DNA of 64,000 nt from a virus. The stretch covers positions 1 to 64,000 of IMG/VR virus record IMGVR_UViG_3300049740_002873. One strand, 5' to 3'. Below, in pieces: positions 8,690 through 17,793 of this stretch (positions are counted from its first letter, which is position 1; the number at the start of each line of letters is the position of its first letter). The notes under the pieces are model-generated. The model was not told the origin of the DNA. It made no database searches and was given only the letters and a program-made list of their open reading frames with translations. Position numbers and translations under genes: made by a program.

Positions 8690-9055
8690 TGGTGGACGTG
8701 GCGGGAGTCGAACCCGCGTCTTTAAATCTTCAGTGATATACTTCTACAAGTTTAGTTAATTTTTTTTATAGTTATGACATTAACATCCAACTTCTTGTTT
8801 CAATTATTTACAGTTTGTGATACAAGAAAACTTTTTCTGTTTTGCAGATTGGTAACCTCGCAATCTTTTTATCTGCGTCAAAAGCTGCGAGGTGACAGAC
8901 GTTATGCTGCCAAAGCGAAAACTTCGCTTTTTGGAGCGAAGCTTTCGACACGACTAAGATTTTTGCCATGTAATTTTTTGCGTTTTTTTAAGGAGCCAAA
9001 CGCTCTCCTACTTGCAGTACATAAATTCAATTTAAATCGAATCCAGTACACGCCC
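8690..9055 (-). ncRNA. ssrA: tmRNA, one-piece, 366 nt
   Basis: 5' GGGCGUG pairs with 3' CACGUCC-ACCA (G3.U Ala identity). T-arm GCGGGUUCGACUCCCGC. pk1 AGGAG/CUCCU plus GCGUUU/AAACGC. Tag frame 8967-8902 encodes GKNLSRVESFAPKSEVFALAA*. Confidence 0.97.
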
Positions 9056-9091
9056 ATAGACTGTTAAAGATCTAATATTCAATACACTTTA

Positions 9092-9430
9092 TCAGAATAG
9101 CTCTTCAGGAATATTCTCATCTTTAGCCGCTTGAGCTTTAGCTTGAGCTGGCTGAGAGGCTTGCACTTCTTGCGCTGCTTGCTGAGCAACTTCGCCTACA
9201 TCCTGTTGATCTTCAGATCTATAGATGACATAGTCTGGAGCGCGTTCATTCTTTTCTCTACCTTTATTGGTAAAAATAACTACTTTAACTTGCTCTGTTA
9301 CTCCAGGCATAGTTTCGACGTTAATACTACCAGATAAATATTTCTGACTCTTTCCACTTCGCACCCAAAGAGCTCCAAGCTCTCTGCTGCGCCACTTTGA
9401 TTCTTGTTTTTCTTCTGTTTGGTTTTCCAT
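9092..9430 (-). CDS. DUF736-like putative ssDNA-binding protein
   Basis: ELGALW...KYLSG.I...NERAPDY pattern. Q/A-rich linker and acidic tail ENIPEELF. Confidence 0.7.
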   Translation of the reverse strand: MENQTEEKQESKWRSRELGALWVRSGKSQKYLSGSINVETMPGVTEQVKVVIFTNKGREKNERAPDYVIYRSEDQQDVGEVAQQAAQEVQASQPAQAKAQAAKDENIPEELF

Positions 9431-9432
9431 AA

Positions 9433-9603
9433 TTATTGATTATACATGTTGGTTAATCCATTTAGGTATAAAGCTTGAGCCCCTTTACTTAGTCTGGAGT
9501 ATTGTTTTTTCGCTCTTCTGTAGTTTCGTTTTTGAGTTTCATCAATAACAGAAAGATCGATGTTTAAAATTTTTCTTATTTGCTTTGATTGTCTGCCGTT
9601 CAT
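9433..9603 (-). CDS. Small basic protein, 56 aa
   Basis: Below track cutoff. MNGRQSKQIRKILNIDLSVIDETQKRNYRRAKKQYSRLSKGAQALYLNGLTNMYNQ, directly after a promoter. Confidence 0.7.
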   Translation of the reverse strand: MNGRQSKQIRKILNIDLSVIDETQKRNYRRAKKQYSRLSKGAQALYLNGLTNMYNQ

Positions 9604-9610
9604 ATAAAAG

Positions 9611-9639
9611 ATTATAAGATATTATTCTAGTAAAGTCAA
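9611..9639 (-). promoter_or_regulatory. Sigma70-type promoter, leaderless
   Basis: TTGACT-17nt-TATAAT, 7 nt before ATG 9603. Confidence 0.8.
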
Positions 9640-9646
9640 GATTTTT

Positions 9647-10393
9647 TTAAGAGAAAATACTACTTTCCCAGTCGAAGTGCCCGAAGTATATCTTCTCTTG
9701 TTTGCTTGGGTTTTTGTATCCTTTTGTTACGAAACTATTTATGTCTTCTTTAAATTGAGATATTATATTGTTTTGAGTTTTTTCGAAAGATGATTTTTTT
9801 AAAAGAAACTTTAAGTTCGAGCAATATTGACTGCTGTAAAGTAAATCCGCATGCTTTAGTCTTGGATAAACTGTAGCATCGATCGATTTTCTTCTCGCAG
9901 AAAGCTCTAGGGCTTCGTTGTGATTGGGCATACTTAATTTTAAAACTTTATTTATTAATTTAATTAGAGGCTTATTGTATATGTAATGATATTTTCTAAT
10001 GCTAAGATTGTCGCTAATACAAATTGATGTCTTATTGTCTGTTGAAAAATATATAGACTTAATAATAGAGTTGGTGTTTAAATTATGTTTAATACTAAGA
10101 TTGATTCCTCTTAATGATTTTTGATTGTGACCTTTAAATATTTTTGTAACATTAGAATAGTATAATTTTTTGAATCTATTGTTGTCTGAAAATTTGTTTA
10201 TAAAGTCCTCTAGATCTATAAGGTTGTATTTGTAAAGTTTTATGTATAATTTTATTGCATTAATTTTTTCATCAAAATCAAATGCAAAGCCGTCTAGGCA
10301 TTTACAGTTCTCTTTAAAGAGTAAAGATGTGTCCGCGAAACTGATAAGCTTTTTTGCCTGATCTGTTTCTGCTAAATAATCTCTAATTTTCAT
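9647..10393 (-). CDS. Hypothetical protein (start likely MKIRDYL at 10393)
   Basis: In-frame ATG overlapping the upstream stop. Lys-rich; no confident family. Confidence 0.65.
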   Translation of the reverse strand: MKIRDYLAETDQAKKLISFADTSLLFKENCKCLDGFAFDFDEKINAIKLYIKLYKYNLIDLEDFINKFSDNNRFKKLYYSNVTKIFKGHNQKSLRGINLSIKHNLNTNSIIKSIYFSTDNKTSICISDNLSIRKYHYIYNKPLIKLINKVLKLSMPNHNEALELSARRKSIDATVYPRLKHADLLYSSQYCSNLKFLLKKSSFEKTQNNIISQFKEDINSFVTKGYKNPSKQEKIYFGHFDWESSIFS

Positions 10394-10991
10394 TAACAAT
10401 GTTCTCGAAAGAAGGGACGACTTTATTAAACTTATCTTTTGTTTTATTGTATAGCTTGAGCCACCCAAAACTTCTTCCTAGAAGCGGTAAAAATAAACAG
10501 TTTTTTGCCTCTATGCCATTATCTAGAGATAAGCTTGCTATAATACATCCTATATTCATTGAGACTGGTAGTCTTGATTCTAATTGTGTTGCAAACAAGG
10601 TATGTTTTCCTTGAAGGTCTCTAAATTTATTAAATAAATATGTTACCCTTGGATCTTCTCCTTTAATCGAGGGATGCCCAAAGCCTGGAATTTTTTTATT
10701 TTTGAAATTATTTATGACCTCGCTAGGCTCTAATAAATAATTAGAGTCTAAAAATTCTGCAATTTGTCTTATTGGTAAATGCTCTGAGGTTATACAATTT
10801 AATCCACAAGAAATAGCTTGCGGTAATTCAGCCCCACAATTTGCAGATAGAGCCACAGCTGCGGAGCTGGGAGGTTCATTGTCTATCGGGAACTCAATAA
10901 AAATTTCAGACAAGCTACTAAATAATTGAATTTGCTTATCTGAAACTAAATCTTTACCTGTTAAGTATTGTACTATTTCATTGAAGATCAT
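10383..10991 (-). CDS. Citrate-synthase/citryl-CoA-lyase-fold protein with altered active site
   Basis: PPSS.A..LSANCG....AI.CGL, SEH, IPGFGHP...EDPR, GR..GW. The DH motif reads DN and NVD reads NIG. Confidence 0.8.
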   Translation of the reverse strand: MIFNEIVQYLTGKDLVSDKQIQLFSSLSEIFIEFPIDNEPPSSAAVALSANCGAELPQAISCGLNCITSEHLPIRQIAEFLDSNYLLEPSEVINNFKNKKIPGFGHPSIKGEDPRVTYLFNKFRDLQGKHTLFATQLESRLPVSMNIGCIIASLSLDNGIEAKNCLFLPLLGRSFGWLKLYNKTKDKFNKVVPSFENIVNEN

Positions 10992-11472
10992 CTGTATTAG
11001 CTAAAAATCTATAAGATAATAAATTTGGGTCAGCGTTGATTTTTGTTGCTATGCTATTAGCATTGCTCAAAGACGCTTCGTTGTTTTTTTTAATTTCAAA
11101 GATAAATTGCTTAATTCCTTTTTGTTTTAAAGCTTTTCCAATTTCAAGCCTAAGCTTTGACCCTATGCCTTTTCTTCTGTGCTCATAATGCACTAATGTA
11201 AGAACTCCACACGCTGCAGGTTTTTTAAGTTTATACATATTGTTTATTTTTGTACTACAAGTCGAAAAACCTAGTAAAGTGGAATCTTCAAACCAACCGA
11301 AGCATGGGTCATCATCAATGATGCAGGGTAAAACTTCAAGAAAAAATAAGGTGTTCGCGTTTTCTTCTGAAGCAACTAACTCTCCCACAATAAGATCATC
11401 TTCATGCTTTAAGCTTTCATGAATTAAATCTATAATTTTTTCTTCGTCATCTGGAGTTAATTGCCTAATCAT
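10978..11472 (-). CDS. GNAT acetyltransferase
   Basis: V..EHRRKGIGSKL (motif A), N.AS (motif B), MIRQLT.DD start. Confidence 0.85.
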   Translation of the reverse strand: MIRQLTPDDEEKIIDLIHESLKHEDDLIVGELVASEENANTLFFLEVLPCIIDDDPCFGWFEDSTLLGFSTCSTKINNMYKLKKPAACGVLTLVHYEHRRKGIGSKLRLEIGKALKQKGIKQFIFEIKKNNEASLSNANSIATKINADPNLLSYRFLANTDDLQ

Positions 11473-12453
11473 TTAAATATATTCCCACGCAGTTTCTTTT
11501 AATGAAGATAAATCTTGTCCTCCTGAGTAACTTATAGAGCTTTGAAGGTCTTGCGTGATTTCTTTAAGCTTGTGTTCATATGTCATGCTATTGTTTTTAA
11601 TTTTATTAAGTTTGCCCTCTATATGATTTCGATGTTTTTTGTTTTCGTAGCTGGCAGATCCAAAATAAGCCTTGTGAAATTCTCCATTAATTTCTATAAC
11701 CGAAGCTGGACTATCTGCACAACTCGCAAATAAACCACCCGCCATAACCATTTCTGCTCCAGCTGCCATAGCTTTGGCGATATCTCCATTGCAAGATACG
11801 CCTCCATCAGCTATAATAGGAACTTTTTTAAAATCTTCATCAGTTTCTATATAGGCATCGCTACATTTTTGTACGCAACTAAACATTGGTACTGTAAACC
11901 CTGTCTTGTCTTTAGTTGTGCATGGAGAGCCCTGCCCTATTCCTACTTTAACTATATCTGCTCCGGCGGAAGCCAAATCAATAACACCCTGCCTCGTAGC
12001 AACATTGCCTGCAATAATTTTTGTATTTGGTAATTCTTGTTTAATAAATTTTATCATATTGATCATTTTTTTTGAATGACCATGTGCAATATCTATTGTT
12101 AGAAAATCGACATTATGTTCGCGTTTTTTTATTTTATATATTTTTTCTTTATCTATTTCCTGAACTCCGACACTAAAAGAAATTGTTTTCCAGTTTTCTG
12201 AGTTTGCTGTTGCTACGTCTTCTGTAAGATCGTTATCAAACCTATGCATTATATAAAAATAATCGTTTTCGCTCAGCCATTTTGCTAGGCTCAGGTTTAT
12301 CACAGACTTCATATTCGCTGGAATAATTGGCAGCTTATATTGTTTATCGAATAAACTTATGCTTGCGTCGCAAGCCGAACGGCTGTCACATTCGCTATAC
12401 TGCGGAATTAAAACTATATCTGAATATTTATATTGTTTAACCATAGAATTCAT
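11473..12453 (-). CDS. guaC: GMP reductase (GuaC; start possibly 12444)
   Basis: PANM, YIMHRF, TIDIAHGHS, IAGNVAT, KVGIGQGSPCTT, IIADGG, YFGSAS, IEGK, DLQSSISYSGG; no CBS domains. Confidence 0.92.
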   Translation of the reverse strand: MNSMVKQYKYSDIVLIPQYSECDSRSACDASISLFDKQYKLPIIPANMKSVINLSLAKWLSENDYFYIMHRFDNDLTEDVATANSENWKTISFSVGVQEIDKEKIYKIKKREHNVDFLTIDIAHGHSKKMINMIKFIKQELPNTKIIAGNVATRQGVIDLASAGADIVKVGIGQGSPCTTKDKTGFTVPMFSCVQKCSDAYIETDEDFKKVPIIADGGVSCNGDIAKAMAAGAEMVMAGGLFASCADSPASVIEINGEFHKAYFGSASYENKKHRNHIEGKLNKIKNNSMTYEHKLKEITQDLQSSISYSGGQDLSSLKETAWEYI

Positions 12454-12562
12454 CGTCCTCTTTCTTTCTTACTCTCCAAGCTAGGTAACCAAAAAACGGG
12501 ATTATAATAAAATCTCCTGGGAAAAATTCAAAATATGATGCGGATGCTATTACTTCTATCAT
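12437..12562 (-). CDS. Small single-TM protein, 41 aa
   Basis: MIEVIASASYFEFFPGDFIIIPFFGYLAWRVRKKEDDEFYG. ATGA overlap with the upstream stop. Confidence 0.55.
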   Translation of the reverse strand: MIEVIASASYFEFFPGDFIIIPFFGYLAWRVRKKEDDEFYG

Positions 12563-13098
12563 CTAAATTCTTTCCTCAGTAATCTCCATCTGTCTGAATC
12601 TATAGGCTTATTGCCGTCATCTATAGCAAATAACATTTCCACAATTTCGTCTACATTGTTATAAATATATTTATGAGGAAACATTCCTAGCATCCAAAGT
12701 GGAGTTTTTGATTTTCCGCCTTCCATACTTACGAACACAGGCTTTTTCTCTCTTACCGCTGTAACAATTTCTTCCGCACTCCCCCAGCTTGCGACTTCAG
12801 GTACTAAGTGAGCTATAATAAAATCGCTTCTATCGACCAAGTTTAAGTCATAAGCTCGAACAGTTTTCATTCTTTCTGTAACCCTATCATACTGTTTTGT
12901 TCTCATCCAGGTTTCCATTTCTTGCCTGTTAGCTTCATCCTCCTCTACGTCTTTAATAAATGGTTTTTTATAAGGATCAAAACAAGTTATGCTTAAAGGT
13001 TGTAGTTTCTCTGCAACATCTTCTCGCCAATTTCTGCCACTAACATATTGCATATGGCCAACCAGATAGCATTTGGTTTTATATAATAGATTTTTCAT
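12559..13098 (-). CDS. Nucleoside 2-deoxyribosyltransferase-like / nucleotide N-hydrolase
   Basis: CYLVGHM..NWRE, FDPY, DLNLVDRSDFII, SWGSAEE. Start MKNLLY at 13098 follows a promoter. Confidence 0.75.
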   Translation of the reverse strand: MKNLLYKTKCYLVGHMQYVSGRNWREDVAEKLQPLSITCFDPYKKPFIKDVEEDEANRQEMETWMRTKQYDRVTERMKTVRAYDLNLVDRSDFIIAHLVPEVASWGSAEEIVTAVREKKPVFVSMEGGKSKTPLWMLGMFPHKYIYNNVDEIVEMLFAIDDGNKPIDSDRWRLLRKEFR

Positions 13099-13105
13099 TC
13101 TTATG

Positions 13106-13134
13106 ATTTTAACATAAGAAAAATATAATGTCAA
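13106..13134 (-). promoter_or_regulatory. Sigma70-type promoter, leaderless
   Basis: TTGACA-17nt-(TG.)TAAAAT, 7 nt before ATG 13098. Confidence 0.8.
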
Positions 13135-13137
13135 GAA

Positions 13138-14865
13138 TTATCTTGATGCGTTCGTATGAACGAAATATTGCGACTCAATTTCAGAATCAAAACTTAAGGT
13201 ATATGATTGTGTCGATATATTTGATATATAGAATGGTAGGACTTGAGAATTAGAGGAAGACCAAGATGATATCGCAAATTTTTTCCAACCTTCTGCAGTC
13301 AAAACATGAAACTCGTTTTCGTCATAAAATTCGTCACCTAGTATTCCCGCTTCTGTCCTGCTTGAAGTAGATAATTCAATTTCTCCCCATAGAGTTTCAT
13401 CTATACATACATAGTATTTATTGTTATCAAAATCTGTATCACCCCTGTTAGCGTCTTCCCTGAATGACTCTGTCATAGTAACTCTTCGCCATGTATCTTG
13501 AGATACGCAAATATAATATTGAAAGCCGTCAATAAATGTCTGACCAATGTCTCCTTGAGCCGAAGGACTGTAGGAGTCTTTTTGCTCTAATGAAGCTAAT
13601 ACTATAGGCGTATTTTCAAACGCTTGCGGAAACTGTATATTGAAAGAAGAAGCGCCTTCAATAATTTGCGTTGAGAAGGATTGAGATTGTGTTTTGTTTG
13701 TTGATTCTGAGTCAGTCGTTCTTGCATGTACATGTAGCGTATAGTTTTCGTTTTCTAATTGTTCGTTAAGTTTTAAATTAAATTTAGATGCAGAAATGTT
13801 TGAAAGGTTAAAAAACTTAAGATCTCCATTTTGGTTTTGCAAGGTTGTAGACACTACTGGCAGAGAACCAAAAGTCTTTGGGAAATCAATTTCATAAATA
13901 TCGCTGCCAGAAGGTAAGTTTACATTAAAATTCATAGATTCATCATAACCTTGAGGGGCAACTCTATGCCAGTCTCCATCTGATCCAGTAATATATAATT
14001 CACCTAAGTAAGATTGTCCGCTGATATTGATATCTCCACCAAAATCTTCTTGATTAAAAATTAATCTACCTTCATTATTGAATTTTAATTTTTCTTCTGA
14101 GTTTATAAAAAATGATGCTTCGTTTGAATTAATTTTGATTGATTGTCCAGACGCTTTTAGTTCTATATCTGAAGGCGAAAGATTGATTGCGGAAGTTTTT
14201 TCGGAGTTTCCAAAAATTGATCCAGAAACTTGAATTCCCGAATTAAAAGAAGCATCGCTATAAAAATTAGCCAAACCTTCAGATATTAATTCTCCAGAAA
14301 TGTTTACGCTTCCATCTGTAGAGATTCCTGATTCAAAAAAGCCGGAGCCAGAAATGAAAATGTTTTGATTTGCTATTATTGAGTCTGATACAATGTCTTC
14401 AGAAAATGACGTGCCTTCCTGGGCAATTAGTTTTCCTTCAATTTTGACATCTCCTTGGACGTGAAAATCATGAGTTGGCTCTCTTAATCCGTCTACAAAG
14501 TCTGAACCAATTCCTAGCTTATTAAAAATTCCAGTCTCTCCTCTTACTACATATCCGCTAATATCTCCAGTAAACGTAGTATCTATTATTTCGTCCATAA
14601 AAACTACGTCGTTAAAAGTGCATGTATCTACAAAAGTTTTTTCTCCAGAAATTATTTGATCTCCGCCTAATGTTACAGAGTGGCCAACAATAGAGCTTGC
14701 TAAGTTTTTGAATGTAATTTTTTCACTCTTGATCCCTGACCTAGAAACGACGAATAAAACATCGTCGTCATTGCCTTCTGTTTCTGGAGCAGGCACAAAT
14801 GCAGCTTCTGTTCCATGTAAAAAATTTATTTCATCGAAGCTAGATACTCTGTTATTTGTTGCCAT
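13138..14865 (-). CDS. Tail fibre/virion protein
   Basis: GDQIISGEKTF fibre motif, beta-rich shaft, two I.FP..F...P.V beta-sandwich repeats, triple G...D..YYIC....W cassette. Confidence 0.75.
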   Translation of the reverse strand: MATNNRVSSFDEINFLHGTEAAFVPAPETEGNDDDVLFVVSRSGIKSEKITFKNLASSIVGHSVTLGGDQIISGEKTFVDTCTFNDVVFMDEIIDTTFTGDISGYVVRGETGIFNKLGIGSDFVDGLREPTHDFHVQGDVKIEGKLIAQEGTSFSEDIVSDSIIANQNIFISGSGFFESGISTDGSVNISGELISEGLANFYSDASFNSGIQVSGSIFGNSEKTSAINLSPSDIELKASGQSIKINSNEASFFINSEEKLKFNNEGRLIFNQEDFGGDINISGQSYLGELYITGSDGDWHRVAPQGYDESMNFNVNLPSGSDIYEIDFPKTFGSLPVVSTTLQNQNGDLKFFNLSNISASKFNLKLNEQLENENYTLHVHARTTDSESTNKTQSQSFSTQIIEGASSFNIQFPQAFENTPIVLASLEQKDSYSPSAQGDIGQTFIDGFQYYICVSQDTWRRVTMTESFREDANRGDTDFDNNKYYVCIDETLWGEIELSTSSRTEAGILGDEFYDENEFHVLTAEGWKKFAISSWSSSNSQVLPFYISNISTQSYTLSFDSEIESQYFVHTNASR

Positions 14866-16224
14866 TTAATTTAACGTTTGTTTGTTTTTTGTTGATAATG
14901 TTGTGTGTACTATATAGTCTTCTTTAGTGGGTTCATTAAAAGCTATTTTATATTCTGTTGTATTTACACCTGATATTATATACAGTGGAACATGTTGATT
15001 TCCCTCTATAGATGTAGAAACTGTTGGTTTTTCTAGAAAAGGTTCTGGGTATGTGATTGTTTCAGAGATTTTACCTGATGCAATAGGCTCATGAAATCTA
15101 TAAATACCTTGGTTGTTTGTAGAAAAATCTCTTTTAGAGTCGCTCATGGCTGTAATTTTTACATAAGAATCTTCGTCGGTTGGTTCGTCTATTTTTAACA
15201 GCAGACTATTTGTTGTTACGCTTGAAATCAATATTTTATTTGAAAAGTTCTTGGAGCTGCTTACGCAAGCCGAAATAACAGGTTTGAATAAAAATGTTTT
15301 AGGTAAGTTTATTTCAAATTCTTTTAAATTGCTTTTTAGCTTTTGAGAGAACGTTACTGATTCATCTCCTGCTGGAATAATTTTTTGGTGATCTCCGGTA
15401 ATAATAGCAAAACTTTCTGTAGAATATCCTGTGTTGTAAGTATAAATCGCTCCCGCAGGACTTTGACTTGTGGAGTTAAGAAAATTATCTTTATTTAAAT
15501 ATAAGTGTCCAGATAGGTCTATATAGTTTTCTTGATTATTTATATCCACAACTTTTTGTCCGTCTTTTTCAATAATAAAATCTTCTTTTATATTTAGTTT
15601 ATAATTTTGATTTACTTCTATTGGGTGGCTGGTATTAATATTTGCAAAAAATGCTGATTCGCTGTTGAATGCAGCTTTGTCGCTGCAGTCTAATTGATTT
15701 GTTTGCAAGTTGTTTGAGTAAATGTTTTGATTTATTTGAATGTTTTTTCCTGAGCAAAAATTAGCATTTATATTTTTTAAGGTTTCTGTTTTATTTCCCG
15801 CAGATATTCCTGAAGTTACAGATAACCCTGATTCAGGAGCAAAATTTCCTTTGAAAGTGTTTTCGGGTACGGCTTTAAAGAATCCAGATTGAGAAATTAC
15901 TTTGTAGCCGCTGAGGACTGAGTCGTCTGCGGGGCCATGAAGCTGAGAAATATTTGTGCGTTTTTGTATTCTGCATGGGTCTGAAAAAGTTTTTTGCCCG
16001 CTTATAATTTGATCTGTATATCTATCCGCGTGGTTTTTATTGATTGAGCGAGATAGGTTTGAAAAAGAAATTTTATGATTGCTCTGTTTTTCTTTAGCTA
16101 AAAGAAAAAATACCTCGTTTTCTGCAATAGATTCTGTAGGTGTTTCCAAATTTTCTTGATTATTAATTTGGGATACAGATAAGGTTGATGATTCATCTAG
16201 TTCTGATATTCTTTTATTTGGCAT
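14866..16224 (-). CDS. Tail fibre/virion protein, paralogue of 13138-14865
   Basis: NKRISEL N-terminus, KISFSNL, DQIISGQKTF, LPKTF..KPVI and YPEPF.EKPTV repeats. Confidence 0.75.
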   Translation of the reverse strand: MPNKRISELDESSTLSVSQINNQENLETPTESIAENEVFFLLAKEKQSNHKISFSNLSRSINKNHADRYTDQIISGQKTFSDPCRIQKRTNISQLHGPADDSVLSGYKVISQSGFFKAVPENTFKGNFAPESGLSVTSGISAGNKTETLKNINANFCSGKNIQINQNIYSNNLQTNQLDCSDKAAFNSESAFFANINTSHPIEVNQNYKLNIKEDFIIEKDGQKVVDINNQENYIDLSGHLYLNKDNFLNSTSQSPAGAIYTYNTGYSTESFAIITGDHQKIIPAGDESVTFSQKLKSNLKEFEINLPKTFLFKPVISACVSSSKNFSNKILISSVTTNSLLLKIDEPTDEDSYVKITAMSDSKRDFSTNNQGIYRFHEPIASGKISETITYPEPFLEKPTVSTSIEGNQHVPLYIISGVNTTEYKIAFNEPTKEDYIVHTTLSTKNKQTLN

Positions 16225-16240
16225 AGCGGACTAAGTTTAT

Positions 16241-16265
16241 TACACTAAAGAAAATAAATAGTGTA
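16241..16265. promoter_or_regulatory. Divergent pair of GTGTA motifs (candidate late promoters)
   Basis: attacacta...tagtgtaat between divergent structural genes (TACAC 16241-45, GTGTA 16261-65). Confidence 0.65.
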
Positions 16266-16278
16266 ATGTCTATTTGAA

Positions 16279-17790
16279 ATGTTTAGTCATAAAGCGAAGT
16301 TAATTCTGGATTCAATTCAAAATGAAGCTAGTGCGGGTGGTGCATCTTTTACTAGATTAACTCATGAAAGGATTGGCGTCGCAATTAGTAACTCACCTGG
16401 ATATAAAATTGCAGATTCAGAAATGAATAATCTTATGCGAATTCAGTCTGCAAGCTATTCTATAAATCAAAACCCTGTTCAGATAAAATCGGTGGGGTCA
16501 GATGATATTATTAAAATAGATGGGCAGGCTCCTGTGGTTAGAAGTCCGGATGTTCAATTTTCTCTCTCTTACCTTTTTTGTGAAGGTCATAATGAAAACA
16601 CAATAGGCTTTTATTTGGGGGACGATGGTTCGGTTTTCAAGAATTATTTAAGCGATTTCTCTGGCGACGATGTGAATATATTTATTGTTGCATCTAACAC
16701 TGATACAAGTAGAGACTTGAATCTTCAACCATTGGGAAGTTTTGATGGTTTCAATGTAATTGGTATAGGTAATGCATTTTTGCAATCCTATGAATATCAA
16801 GCTTCTGTAGGCAGTTTGCCCGCATGTTCGTTATCTTATATAGGTTCTAATGTTGAATATAACGCCTATGATTCTGGCTCATTGCCAGAATTTCCTTCGT
16901 TTAAGTTGGGTGTAAATAATTTAAAATCTCCTGAAAAATTTAGTATAGATGATAATACTTTTGATAGCTATTTTGATTCTGAGCCTTCAGTTATAAAACC
17001 TGGAGAAATACAAGTAAGATTCACTAAGACAAACGGGTCTCGAGGAGGCAGCTTCATAGAATCTATTGATGCCGCAATACAGAGCATATCAATTAATGTT
17101 GGTCTAGACCGTCAAAATATATATGGTTTTGGTAGTAACATGCCTTTTGATAGAAAATTTAAATTACCTATAATTGGAGAAATGTCTGCAGAGTTTGTTA
17201 TTAGGGGGTTTAATCAAGATCAGATATCTAGTTTTTTTGACAGAAATAATATATTTGATATTAAAATATTTCACCCTATTAAACCTAGACTGTCTGGCTC
17301 AGAGGGTTCAAGGTTGTATCAAAATGGATTTTTATATTTTGCTGTGGCTGATGGGATATGGAGAAGATCCGCTGGAGTTTTAGCTAATTCTGTAGCTAAT
17401 TATAATCAGGTTAATATTAATGAATACAATGATTTTTTTAGTTCTGAATTTTATTTTGCAAATACAGGTAATAATTCATGGATTAAGATTCCCTTGTCTT
17501 TAGCTAATCTAGAAAGAGACGGAGAAGTCGGTGATATATTTCACGATGTAATTAATTACTATATTAAAACATCTCAGGGTTGGAAAAACTTTCCACTGTC
17601 CGAAATTAATCCTGGAGAAATTGATAGAAGCGATGCTTTTCAAATAGCTAAATATTTAGTTTACGAAATTAACGACGCACAGCTAAATCAAGAAGCTTTT
17701 TCTTTCGCTATTGAAAAAAATGCCACAATTTCTTGTGGCATTAATTTTCCAGTTTCTAAAAGTAGAGGCCTTAAGGCCTATTTGATATAA
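16279..17790 (+). CDS. Tail-tube-like protein (paralogue of major tail protein) with inserted triple repeat
   Basis: Collinear with 17794-19044: LMRIQSASYS/LRRVQSANYS, VIGIGNAFL/VIALGNGFV, IKPGEI/LRPGDI, AIQSISINV/HIQSVSIDV. Confidence 0.75.
   Translation: MFSHKAKLILDSIQNEASAGGASFTRLTHERIGVAISNSPGYKIADSEMNNLMRIQSASYSINQNPVQIKSVGSDDIIKIDGQAPVVRSPDVQFSLSYLFCEGHNENTIGFYLGDDGSVFKNYLSDFSGDDVNIFIVASNTDTSRDLNLQPLGSFDGFNVIGIGNAFLQSYEYQASVGSLPACSLSYIGSNVEYNAYDSGSLPEFPSFKLGVNNLKSPEKFSIDDNTFDSYFDSEPSVIKPGEIQVRFTKTNGSRGGSFIESIDAAIQSISINVGLDRQNIYGFGSNMPFDRKFKLPIIGEMSAEFVIRGFNQDQISSFFDRNNIFDIKIFHPIKPRLSGSEGSRLYQNGFLYFAVADGIWRRSAGVLANSVANYNQVNINEYNDFFSSEFYFANTGNNSWIKIPLSLANLERDGEVGDIFHDVINYYIKTSQGWKNFPLSEINPGEIDRSDAFQIAKYLVYEINDAQLNQEAFSFAIEKNATISCGINFPVSKSRGLKAYLI
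17714..17742 (-). terminator. Intrinsic terminator for the major tail gene, inside the convergent ORF
   Basis: Minus-strand RNA AAUGCCACAA-GAAA-UUGUGGCA-UUUUUUU. Confidence 0.75.
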
Positions 17791-17793
17791 TAT

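Noticed and set aside
8774-9067. 97-aa plus-strand ORF
   Set aside because: Antisense shadow of the tmRNA.
9647-10393. Possible ABBA prenyltransferase-like fold (GFAFD...IKLY)
   Set aside because: Resemblance too slight to call without a profile search.
1-13134. Bacterial chromosomal origin for ppa, dut, ruvB, guaC and ssrA
   Set aside because: Interleaved with small phage-type ORFs, share promoter motifs with the rest of the window, and lack their usual operon partners.
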